Origin: a virus
Virus record (IMG/VR): IMGVR_UViG_3300012006_000002
Location: 1 to 64,000 of that record
DNA: 64,000 bases
Direction: 5' to 3' (one strand)
A program made the position numbers and the translations under genes. Positions 9,329 through 17,612 of the stretch are shown here, one piece after another. The notes beneath the pieces are model-generated. The model was given only the letters and a program-made list of their open reading frames with translations, was not told the origin of the DNA and did not search any database. Within the stretch, counting starts at the first letter, position 1; every line of letters starts with the position of its first letter.

Positions 9329-12300
9329 ATGCCAGCATCTTCTACGTCAGTAAGCATTAGTGCGGCAAACTCGGCTATTACTGCGCTATCTGTTGATACG
9401 GGAACAGTAAGTCTTGCTGGCGGACTTTCCGTGTCGAGTGGCGTCAATATTCTCGATACCGGACTTGTGCTGTCCGCCATGACGACACCGGCAGCACCGG
9501 GCGCTTCCAAGAACAGAATCTACGCCAAATCTGATGGAAATCTTTATTTCCAATCCGGAACATCGGCAACAGAGAAACGTATTGCTGATACCGTAGGACT
9601 TTCCGCATCAGCATTTACGGACACCACGGTAGCAACAAACATTACGTCTGGCACTATTAGCGCGGCTCGACTTCCCGGAGTCATTCCCACTCTTACGGTC
9701 ACAAATCTTATTGCTAATCTATCTCAAGAATATTCAAGTTTTACCAAGACTGGCACACAGACCCTCAGAATACGATTAGGCACAGCATTGACTACCGAGA
9801 CGGGTGCAAATGCAGGGTCGGAATTCTACATCAGCACGTATGCTGATGATGGATCGACACTTATTGCTACGCCATTTCGCATCAAAAGAGGCGGACAAGT
9901 CTTGGTGGGAACGTGGACTTCCGATCTTAGTGCTGGCGGATACGCATTGAATATGCGTACTACCGCAAGCAATGATGGATTATTTCTTACTGATTCAACT
10001 CGATGGATGTTAACTCTTCCCGGAACAACAGGCGCGGGGTCATATAATAATCTCGTTTCCGCCAATGACAACGCGATTATCTTTAGCGCCGGATCGGTAG
10101 GAACCGGAAATTTCGTATTGGCTCCGTGGTTCAACGGAACGGGCGGCATGCGAATGAACAACTCGGGAGAAGTTGGATTTTCCGGAAATCCTGTTTCTGG
10201 ATACCAACTTGACGTTTCCGGAGTTGCTGGCGTAACTGGAAAGTTGTCCATTGCCCCCTCCGGAACAGGAAAAGATAACGCCTATAACGGGGCTTTAGTC
10301 ATTACCAAACCAACTGCTTCTGGTCAATATATCAATTTGATTCGATCTGGCAATACCGTATGGTCCATTGGGTATGCATATAACAATAATAATTTTGCCA
10401 TTGGCGGCGGAAACGCTACGGATTCCAGTTTTACCGCTCCGGGATTTCAAATAACTACCGGAAATCTTTTCAGCATGGCAGCGGGAACTCCCGTGGGAAG
10501 CACCCTGAGCGTTGGGGGAAATGGAATTACTCTTACTGCCACGTATGGAGCCTTATTGAGTAACAGTTATTATGATACGTCTTGGAAATTTGCTGGAAAC
10601 GGATATGCGTGGGGATTTGGTAATAATTTCAGCGGTGTTACAAATGGTGTTACTCTTGCAATTAGTAGCGTCAATAATTCCAGTGGTGCTACTGCTGCGT
10701 TAACATGGAATCCATATTTCAATTTTCATGCGGTAGGTGTTCTTACCGTTGGCACAACAACTAATTATGGAGTTATTACGGGTTATGGGCAATCCGGAAG
10801 CACCACCAGTGGATGGTTTGGGAATGGCAATGCGGGCAGTTATGCCAACATTACCGTTTCGTCAAATGACAGATCTATGGATTTTGGTATTCGAAGCTCC
10901 ACCTATTCCGGCGGAGAAGCCGCGTATATTTATCTTAGTTCCACAACAACGCCGTTTTCAATTTATACTTCCGCATCGGAACAGATTCGAATTCCCGCTA
11001 CCGGAGGATTGCAAATAAATAACAGCAAGGGTTTGACATTTCTTACTCATGCATCAGAAACCGCAGCTCGGGCAAATTTCACCGACATAATCTATGCACT
11101 TTATACAGGAAGTGATGCATTTCGTATTCAGGTTGGGAATCGCTCACTTGGATGGAATGGAACAACTTCTACTGCAATGTCTGCAGATAATGGATATCTT
11201 GAGATTGCAACAGGCGACAGCGCAACTGAGCCAATTTATGTTAGTCAATACACGTATGTTGCTCCGTATACTACAGGAACAGCGTCGCAATCCGGAAACA
11301 CCATTACCGGATCTGGTACAGGATGGACAGTATCGAACGCTCCGGTCGGATCAGAGTTTGTTTTTACCGGAAGCATTCCCCCTGTTCGGGGAGGAACAAT
11401 CAAAGCCGTTGTCAGCACCACTCAGTTGACTGTAGATGTCAATCAGACAGTGGCAAGCTCAACATACACTATTGGACCAAATAGTGGATTCTTTGGAGCA
11501 TTAAATCGAAGAGCGTCTCTTCTTGACGAGAGTGGATATACGTCTTTTCCATTGCGTCTTGGAATTGGTACTACTCCAACTATTCCTCTGGATATTGTTA
11601 CCAACGACAATGTCACGTATACCAATGTCATGACCGGACTTGCGTCTGCGTTGTCTGTTGGCAATACGGCGTATTTTGGAATAGGAAAAGCAAATAGTAC
11701 AAACAACTCTGTCGCGTGGGGCTTTTATAATGCGGGATCTGGAAGCACGAGCAATCGTTCCGATTTGACATTCTGGGGAGGGTCACCGCTACTGTCCGTT
11801 CTTGCTTCCGGAAATGTGGGAATTGGAATAACCGCCCCTGCTGCAAAACTCGATGTTGCTGGGACATTGAGACTCAACGGCACAACCGCAGGGACAAACT
11901 GGACGCAACTTCAATCTGCGGCGACACCGACAACAAACGTCACCTACACTCTTCCGTCTAGCGCTCCTGCCTCAACGGGATATTTTCTTACTAGCACCAC
12001 GGGCGGAGCAATGTCTTGGGGAAACTCATTAACTGATATTACTTCCACAAATGGAAATATTACCACACTTACTGCTACCACTCTCAATGCAACAACGGTA
12101 AATATTTCCGGAAATCTTACTGTTTCAGGAACATTTACCACCTATAATTCGGTGGTAACAACGATAGAAAATCCTACTATTGATATTGGTGGTGGACTGG
12201 GAGGCATTGCTCCCTCAATTGATGATGGCTATGATCGCGGCATTACATTCCAGTGGCACAATGGAACGTCAGCCAAAAAAGGTTTTTTTGGATTTGACAG

Positions 12301-12568
12301 AAGTGCATCAGCGTTTTTATTTGTTCCTGATGCCACAATTACAAGTGGAGTGGTAAGCGGTACTGGGCTGTCATTAAGCGCAACATCTGTTAGCGCTCCA
12401 ACAGTTATATTTACCGATCAGTCATCTTCTCCCTCTGCTCCGGGATCTGGACTTACCACTCTGTACAGCAAATCGGGTTCGATATATTATCGAAGTGGAT
12501 CTGCTGGATCCGAGACTAGTGTTGCATCAACAGGCAAAGCCATTGCCATGGCAATGGTATTTGGATAA
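9329..12568 (+). CDS. Long tail-fibre protein
   Basis: 1079 aa, G/S/T-rich; repeated GNVGIG..P...LDV motifs; ends GKAIAMAMVFG. Confidence 0.85.
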   Translation: MPASSTSVSISAANSAITALSVDTGTVSLAGGLSVSSGVNILDTGLVLSAMTTPAAPGASKNRIYAKSDGNLYFQSGTSATEKRIADTVGLSASAFTDTTVATNITSGTISAARLPGVIPTLTVTNLIANLSQEYSSFTKTGTQTLRIRLGTALTTETGANAGSEFYISTYADDGSTLIATPFRIKRGGQVLVGTWTSDLSAGGYALNMRTTASNDGLFLTDSTRWMLTLPGTTGAGSYNNLVSANDNAIIFSAGSVGTGNFVLAPWFNGTGGMRMNNSGEVGFSGNPVSGYQLDVSGVAGVTGKLSIAPSGTGKDNAYNGALVITKPTASGQYINLIRSGNTVWSIGYAYNNNNFAIGGGNATDSSFTAPGFQITTGNLFSMAAGTPVGSTLSVGGNGITLTATYGALLSNSYYDTSWKFAGNGYAWGFGNNFSGVTNGVTLAISSVNNSSGATAALTWNPYFNFHAVGVLTVGTTTNYGVITGYGQSGSTTSGWFGNGNAGSYANITVSSNDRSMDFGIRSSTYSGGEAAYIYLSSTTTPFSIYTSASEQIRIPATGGLQINNSKGLTFLTHASETAARANFTDIIYALYTGSDAFRIQVGNRSLGWNGTTSTAMSADNGYLEIATGDSATEPIYVSQYTYVAPYTTGTASQSGNTITGSGTGWTVSNAPVGSEFVFTGSIPPVRGGTIKAVVSTTQLTVDVNQTVASSTYTIGPNSGFFGALNRRASLLDESGYTSFPLRLGIGTTPTIPLDIVTNDNVTYTNVMTGLASALSVGNTAYFGIGKANSTNNSVAWGFYNAGSGSTSNRSDLTFWGGSPLLSVLASGNVGIGITAPAAKLDVAGTLRLNGTTAGTNWTQLQSAATPTTNVTYTLPSSAPASTGYFLTSTTGGAMSWGNSLTDITSTNGNITTLTATTLNATTVNISGNLTVSGTFTTYNSVVTTIENPTIDIGGGLGGIAPSIDDGYDRGITFQWHNGTSAKKGFFGFDRSASAFLFVPDATITSGVVSGTGLSLSATSVSAPTVIFTDQSSSPSAPGSGLTTLYSKSGSIYYRSGSAGSETSVASTGKAIAMAMVFG

Positions 12569-12580
12569 AAGGAAATAATC

Positions 12581-12940
12581 ATGGCAGCGCCAAATGTTGT
12601 AAATGTATCAACCATCACCGCTAAATCCACAGGATTGCTAGCCACCACTTCGGCTGTGGCACTTCTATCAAATGCGGCATCATCTGGAAAAGTATTAAAA
12701 ATAAATACCTTGCTTTTCTCCAATATTACGGGATCGTCAGCATCTGCTACCGTGTATGTACTAAAAAATGCTACTACTACAGTATATCTTGCCTATGGAA
12801 TTGCATGTCCGGCAACATCGTCCCTTGTTGTATTAAGCAAAGACACAAGTATTTATCTTGAAGAAAATGATGTTCTGTACATACTTGCCAGTGCAGCAAC
12901 TTCTTTGCATGCTTTTTGCAGTTATGAGGAAATTTCCTGA
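12581..12940 (+). CDS. Small virion adaptor protein; paralog of 160-525
   Basis: MAAPNVVNV...SIYLEEND...CSYEEIS; AAGGA SD. Confidence 0.75.
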   Translation: MAAPNVVNVSTITAKSTGLLATTSAVALLSNAASSGKVLKINTLLFSNITGSSASATVYVLKNATTTVYLAYGIACPATSSLVVLSKDTSIYLEENDVLYILASAATSLHAFCSYEEIS

Positions 12941-14442
12941 TGGGATATTTTTCAGGAAATAATAATTATATTGGAGTTTCCACAAGAAATTCTGGAAGCG
13001 GCGGAATGAGATACGCATTCTTATCAAAAGGAAGTACTGATGTTTCATTTAGAGTAAATGGAGGATCTACTTCTGTTAATACATATTTTTTTGGTTTTCG
13101 AAACGAAATGGACTACATTGACGTGACATCTGGAGGAAAATGCATTGTGCGTTGTGTCGGCGGCGCTGGCGGACCCGGTGCATGGAGTAGCAATACCTAT
13201 CACGTAGGAGGAACCGGAGGATATGTAGAGGCAATTTATACACTTGCTCCCGGACGATATTACCTATTTGCAGGACGTGGCAATAATGGATACAGCGGCA
13301 GCGGCGGCTCTGGAGGAGGATCATCAGACATACGGACTGTATATAACGGAGGAACAACATTTTCTCAAGCATCTTTTATTGAAACGGCGTCATTAAACTC
13401 CCGCTTCATTGTGGCGGGAGGTGGAGGCGGCGCTCATGGAGGCTCCTATGGGCACTACGATCTTCCAAATGATCGACCGGGAAGTGGTGGTCCAACCACA
13501 GCGTTTACCAATACCACTTCAACGCAAGATGCGGGACACGTTGGTACAGGAGCAAGCACTACTGCTGCTGGACTAGATGGAGGAAATAGTATGAATTCCA
13601 CCTATACCGGCAATGGAGCATATGGATTTGGCGGTAGCGGCACAGGAGGAGCTTCATATACCACTGTATCGGCAACTTTCTCTGGATATGCTTGGCCAAA
13701 CGGAGGCAGCGGTAGTAGCTGGGCGAACGGCGGCGGCGGCGGTGGATGGTATGGCGGAGCAGCAAACTGGCCATGCGGGGGAGGTGGATCAAACTATTTG
13801 CAATCATATGGATCTGCAACATTAGTTTCTACGACTACAAATTCCACAGCCAATACAAAAAATCTTCTGCGAAATGGAGAATTTTTGTATCAATATTCTT
13901 ACGGCAATACTCAAGCGGGAGTATTTAATTCTCGATGGTATAATCTGTACTTGAACGGAGGTAGTACGCTGACGTATAACAGCGCAATAACCAATCCTGC
14001 CGGAGGAAATGGTGTTCTGCAGTTTTATACCGGAACTGCTGCTAGTTATACGTACTGGTCTTGGTACGTTACCACAAATCCATATACTGCAGCCGCTTTG
14101 CCTGCGGGAACCTACACAGTTTCCTATTGGGCGCGTATTGCCTCTGGCTCTTCCACAAACCTCAACAATGCTCAACTTTGGAGAAACGGTTCTGTTGATA
14201 CGTATAACGCTACTGGGGCAAATCCCACATTGACAACAAGTTGGCAGCGCTTTTCGGTAACTGCAACACTTACTTCGACTGGCGGTTCTGCTTTGGAATT
14301 TTTTCCTTTTCACTCGGGTTCACTAACTCCAAATTACACTGTGTATATTTGGGGTTTTCAATTAGAGCAATCATCTACTGCTACTGCATATGTTCCGTCA
14401 TGGGGAAACGGATTTATAGAAATTCTTCCTTATGTGCAATAA
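12940..14442 (+). CDS. Glycine-rich domain protein with carbohydrate-binding (CBM4/9-like) module
   Basis: GGGSSDIR...RFIVAGGGGG...GGGGGWYGG glycine-rich domain; NLLRNGEF...YTVSYWAR...LTTSWQRFSVT...WGFQLEQ CBM-like module. Confidence 0.75.
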   Translation: MGYFSGNNNYIGVSTRNSGSGGMRYAFLSKGSTDVSFRVNGGSTSVNTYFFGFRNEMDYIDVTSGGKCIVRCVGGAGGPGAWSSNTYHVGGTGGYVEAIYTLAPGRYYLFAGRGNNGYSGSGGSGGGSSDIRTVYNGGTTFSQASFIETASLNSRFIVAGGGGGAHGGSYGHYDLPNDRPGSGGPTTAFTNTTSTQDAGHVGTGASTTAAGLDGGNSMNSTYTGNGAYGFGGSGTGGASYTTVSATFSGYAWPNGGSGSSWANGGGGGGWYGGAANWPCGGGGSNYLQSYGSATLVSTTTNSTANTKNLLRNGEFLYQYSYGNTQAGVFNSRWYNLYLNGGSTLTYNSAITNPAGGNGVLQFYTGTAASYTYWSWYVTTNPYTAAALPAGTYTVSYWARIASGSSTNLNNAQLWRNGSVDTYNATGANPTLTTSWQRFSVTATLTSTGGSALEFFPFHSGSLTPNYTVYIWGFQLEQSSTATAYVPSWGNGFIEILPYVQ

Positions 14443-14472
14443 TTTTTTTGCAATGAAAAGTATGAATATATC

Positions 14473-15519
14473 ATGAAAAGAAAAAATGGATTAATACTTT
14501 CATCGGGAACAAGTACTGATGATCTGGGTAGAACTTCTGCAGGAATATCCGAAATTACAGAAATATTTTATAATACGTTGTGGCCATCCGTAAATATTAT
14601 TAATTCTCAAGCATTTATTAATGAAGGACAAACAATCAGTATTAAATTGATTGCAGTTCCCGATGGTACCTACACGGCAACTGCGAATTTAGTATCTGGA
14701 AATTTCTTGAATATTAGTGATTTTCAATCAAATTTAACAACTTTTTCTATCGTTGTTTCTTCTGGCGTGGGAACAGGAACTACCACTCTTGCACTTGATG
14801 GATTTACTGAAGGAACTGAAGTAATAAACTTTACTATTACTAATAGTGTTTATGCAGTAATTGGAACAACACAGAATTATACAGTTTCTGATATCAGCAC
14901 TGGAGCAACTGAGCCAATATATACTCCTTCAGCATATTCTACAGTGTCAGCAACTTCTCCATCTGCGTTTTCTTATCTTGCAATTCCGGGAGGAAGCAGG
15001 ACATTCCTCAATTACATAACAAGTTTTGGAGTTGTTGGATCGTCGTCAAATACCGGATCGACTACATGGAATGCATCATATAGTGGAAATATTGGATACA
15101 CTGCTAGCCCAATTGCTACAAACAATTATTTTACTCAGTATAATCGCGTACAATTTATTGCCGGAGATGGAACTGTTGATGCTCTGGACTGGGCAGTGAT
15201 TAATTTTGGCGTTGCTAATGGCAATGGTGATTTTGACGGAAACGCGCCGGTTAACGCACATTTTGGAGGAGAGGATACTACTAGCGGAGGAGCGGGTGCA
15301 GTAGGAGTAACAGTAGGAAGAATCTGGGGATTTTCAGCCAGCCTTGGATGGACATTATTGTATCAACTTCCTCTTGGTTCAAGTTCCGGAAATTCATACA
15401 ATCACACAAACGGAGCGTGGTTTGCCTCTGGAACAACAGTATCTACAGGGAATGGAAAACGATTAGCGTATGATACGCTTACTATCACACATGTGGGATT
15501 TAGCGTAGGAACATCCTGA
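14473..15519 (+). CDS. Putative receptor-binding virion protein
   Basis: INEGQT...DGFTEGTE Ig-like segment like that of 1322-2548; S/T/G-rich. Confidence 0.55.
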   Translation: MKRKNGLILSSGTSTDDLGRTSAGISEITEIFYNTLWPSVNIINSQAFINEGQTISIKLIAVPDGTYTATANLVSGNFLNISDFQSNLTTFSIVVSSGVGTGTTTLALDGFTEGTEVINFTITNSVYAVIGTTQNYTVSDISTGATEPIYTPSAYSTVSATSPSAFSYLAIPGGSRTFLNYITSFGVVGSSSNTGSTTWNASYSGNIGYTASPIATNNYFTQYNRVQFIAGDGTVDALDWAVINFGVANGNGDFDGNAPVNAHFGGEDTTSGGAGAVGVTVGRIWGFSASLGWTLLYQLPLGSSSGNSYNHTNGAWFASGTTVSTGNGKRLAYDTLTITHVGFSVGTS

Positions 15520-15529
15520 GGAAATTGAC

Positions 15530-15919
15530 ATGCCAACAAGTGCAGCATCATTACAAATAACAGGATCTGCCGGAACGTCATTGTCCGTTGACGCCGGATC
15601 AGTGTCGTTGGCTGGTTCGCTTTCCGTTGCCGGTGCGTTTAGCGCAGCAATTCTCTCCATTACATCTGCCCTGACTCTTACCATCGCTCATCATATTGTT
15701 CTTTGCGGCGGAACATCAAGTTATACCGTCACGCTTCCCACCGCAGTAGGAATCGCCGGAAGAATATATCAAATCAAGAAAACCAGCACTTCTGCCTATA
15801 CACTTACCATTGCTACTACTTCTTCCCAGACCATAGATGGAAGCACGTCATTAGGGTTTACAACACAGTATAATAACTATGTAGTTGTTTCTGATGGCGC
15901 GAATTGGAGCATACTGTAA
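15530..15919 (+). CDS. Short fibre-related protein
   Basis: N-terminus resembles that of 9329; YTVTLPTAVG..GRIYQIKK...SQTIDG...VSDGANW fibre domain; GAGGA SD. Confidence 0.7.
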   Translation: MPTSAASLQITGSAGTSLSVDAGSVSLAGSLSVAGAFSAAILSITSALTLTIAHHIVLCGGTSSYTVTLPTAVGIAGRIYQIKKTSTSAYTLTIATTSSQTIDGSTSLGFTTQYNNYVVVSDGANWSIL

Positions 15920-16515
15920 TGAGTTTTATCGTAAGCAGCGGTGGTGGTGCAAGCGCAGTTACTCGGATTTATACTACGACGCTTGCATCCGACACAGCCT
16001 CAGTAGATATCACTGCAATACCTCAAACGTATACGAATCTGGAATTAATTGTGCATGCCGCCGGGACTTCTTATGTACGCACTGTTGGAATATATTGCAT
16101 CCCGTTTAGCGGTGTCAATCAATCATCTTATCTGGTCAATGGATATCAACAGGAACAGTTTTACTCGGGATCTAGCAGCCCAAACGGTTCGATTTTGAAT
16201 TTTACGAGTGACGCTACTGCGGGGATTATGCCGGGAAGCCAGTCAAATCCCGGCCCGGCGCAATACTTGTTTGGAACTACCAAGATATTTTTGACAAATT
16301 ATTCCTCTGCTACATCATCAAAAGGATGGATGTCAGAGTCTCACCATTCAGGGACTAATAATGCGTCGGTAAATACCAGCACATTGTTTCACAGTGCGGC
16401 GCATTTTTCCCAAACAAACTCGGTTCAATTAGGGGCCATTGATAGGCTGTATGTCTATCCAACCAGTGGTAATTTTCGAACAGGATCAGTATTTACGCTC
16501 TATGGATGGTCATGA
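15919..16515 (+). CDS. Fibre tip-like protein
   Basis: ITAIPQTYTNL...GSVFTLYG domain shared with 8175 and 27731; ATG overlaps upstream TAA. Confidence 0.65.
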   Translation: MSFIVSSGGGASAVTRIYTTTLASDTASVDITAIPQTYTNLELIVHAAGTSYVRTVGIYCIPFSGVNQSSYLVNGYQQEQFYSGSSSPNGSILNFTSDATAGIMPGSQSNPGPAQYLFGTTKIFLTNYSSATSSKGWMSESHHSGTNNASVNTSTLFHSAAHFSQTNSVQLGAIDRLYVYPTSGNFRTGSVFTLYGWS

Positions 16516-16796
16516 TGAATAACGAAGAGATAGCCATCGTCATCGAAATAAACTGCGAAACCGGCGTCGAGACGACTCGACGCTTAACACCGCAAGAGAT
16601 CGCGCAACGGACAGTTGATATAGCGAAAGCAGAATCTGATCAAATTGCCAAAGAATTAAAAGCAGCGCAAGAAGAAGAAGAAAGGCAATCACTTCTTTCA
16701 TGGATCGCTTCTCAATCAACACTTCCACAAGCCGCTAGGAATGCCTTGGCTAGAGCAGCGGGTATTGATACAACTACATCATCTTCTCAAATTTGA
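16512..16796 (+). CDS. Putative fibre assembly chaperone
   Basis: EINCETGVETTRRLTPQEIAQR followed by a coiled coil; related to 8933. Confidence 0.55.
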   Translation: MMNNEEIAIVIEINCETGVETTRRLTPQEIAQRTVDIAKAESDQIAKELKAAQEEEERQSLLSWIASQSTLPQAARNALARAAGIDTTTSSSQI

Positions 16797-16835
16797 TATA
16801 CTTTTAGTAGGTATATTATATAAAAAGGAAATCAT

Positions 16836-17252
16836 ATGGCAGGTGAAATTGCACTCAAGAAATTATATGGAGATATTGCGGGAGCGTATGTCATTGATGA
16901 TCTTAATGAAGCGCAAAGACATTATTTCATGTCGAAGAATCTCATTGTCATTCCGGCCATATTGACAAAAACTGTTCTGTCAAGTCCATTATTTGAACTA
17001 TCCGGACGAACACATTTTACCATTGAGGTAAGTAATTCCGGATTGAGTGCCGGAACATTCGTTTTGCAGGGATCAGTTACTGGGCAGAAATGGGTAGATA
17101 TTACTTCTACCCCCATTGCCTATAATGCTACTGCGCCTGTTACCGTAAGTTCTGAATTTCCATTTCGATTTTATCGCATTTTTGGATCGAACGTTGCCAG
17201 CGCCGGTTCAACCGAATATATAACTGTTTATTTGGCCGCAATTGCAAAGTAA
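16836..17252 (+). CDS. Small beta-sandwich (discoidin-like) structural protein
   Basis: FVLQGSVTGQKWVDI...FRFYRI pattern; AAGGA SD. Confidence 0.5.
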   Translation: MAGEIALKKLYGDIAGAYVIDDLNEAQRHYFMSKNLIVIPAILTKTVLSSPLFELSGRTHFTIEVSNSGLSAGTFVLQGSVTGQKWVDITSTPIAYNATAPVTVSSEFPFRFYRIFGSNVASAGSTEYITVYLAAIAK

Positions 17253-17262
17253 CAAGGAGAAT

Positions 17263-17553
17263 ATGATGGCACGATCAACAGCGTCCCCTTCGGTCGAGGA
17301 AGAGTCTTTGGAAGTAACCCCCGAAGTAACCCCCGAAGTGACCCCCGAAGTAACCCCCGAAGTACTTCCTGCAGAAGAGATTCCTCCGGTTGAATATGGC
17401 CAATTTCTTCAATCATGGATTAATGATCAATCAGGAATTGAGCCGGAAGCACTTGGCGGCTTCGCGTGGCACGCGAAACAAATGAACTGGCATGGAGACA
17501 CCCCTTCCGGTTGGACTGCGAAGTTTCAAAGGTGGATTAATAGTAGTGCGTAA
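17263..17553 (+). CDS. Hypothetical protein with EVTP repeats
   Basis: AAGGAG SD before ATG 17263; lies directly upstream of the sheath gene. Confidence 0.65.
   Translation: MMARSTASPSVEEESLEVTPEVTPEVTPEVTPEVLPAEEIPPVEYGQFLQSWINDQSGIEPEALGGFAWHAKQMNWHGDTPSGWTAKFQRWINSSA
17311..17364 (+). repeat. 12-bp tandem repeat GAAGTAACCCCC x4.5 (encodes EVTP)
   Basis: Directly visible. Confidence 0.95.
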
Positions 17554-17612
17554 TGGCAAACTATAGAAAGAATAATTTCAAGTCGTAAATTTCGCACACA
17601 AAGGAGTATCTC

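Noticed and set aside
3216-12723. Many minus-strand ORFs (e.g. 4158-4706, 7575-8201, 9826-10251)
   Set aside because: Antisense shadows of S/T/G-rich fibre genes, with V/P/A-rich products and no SD
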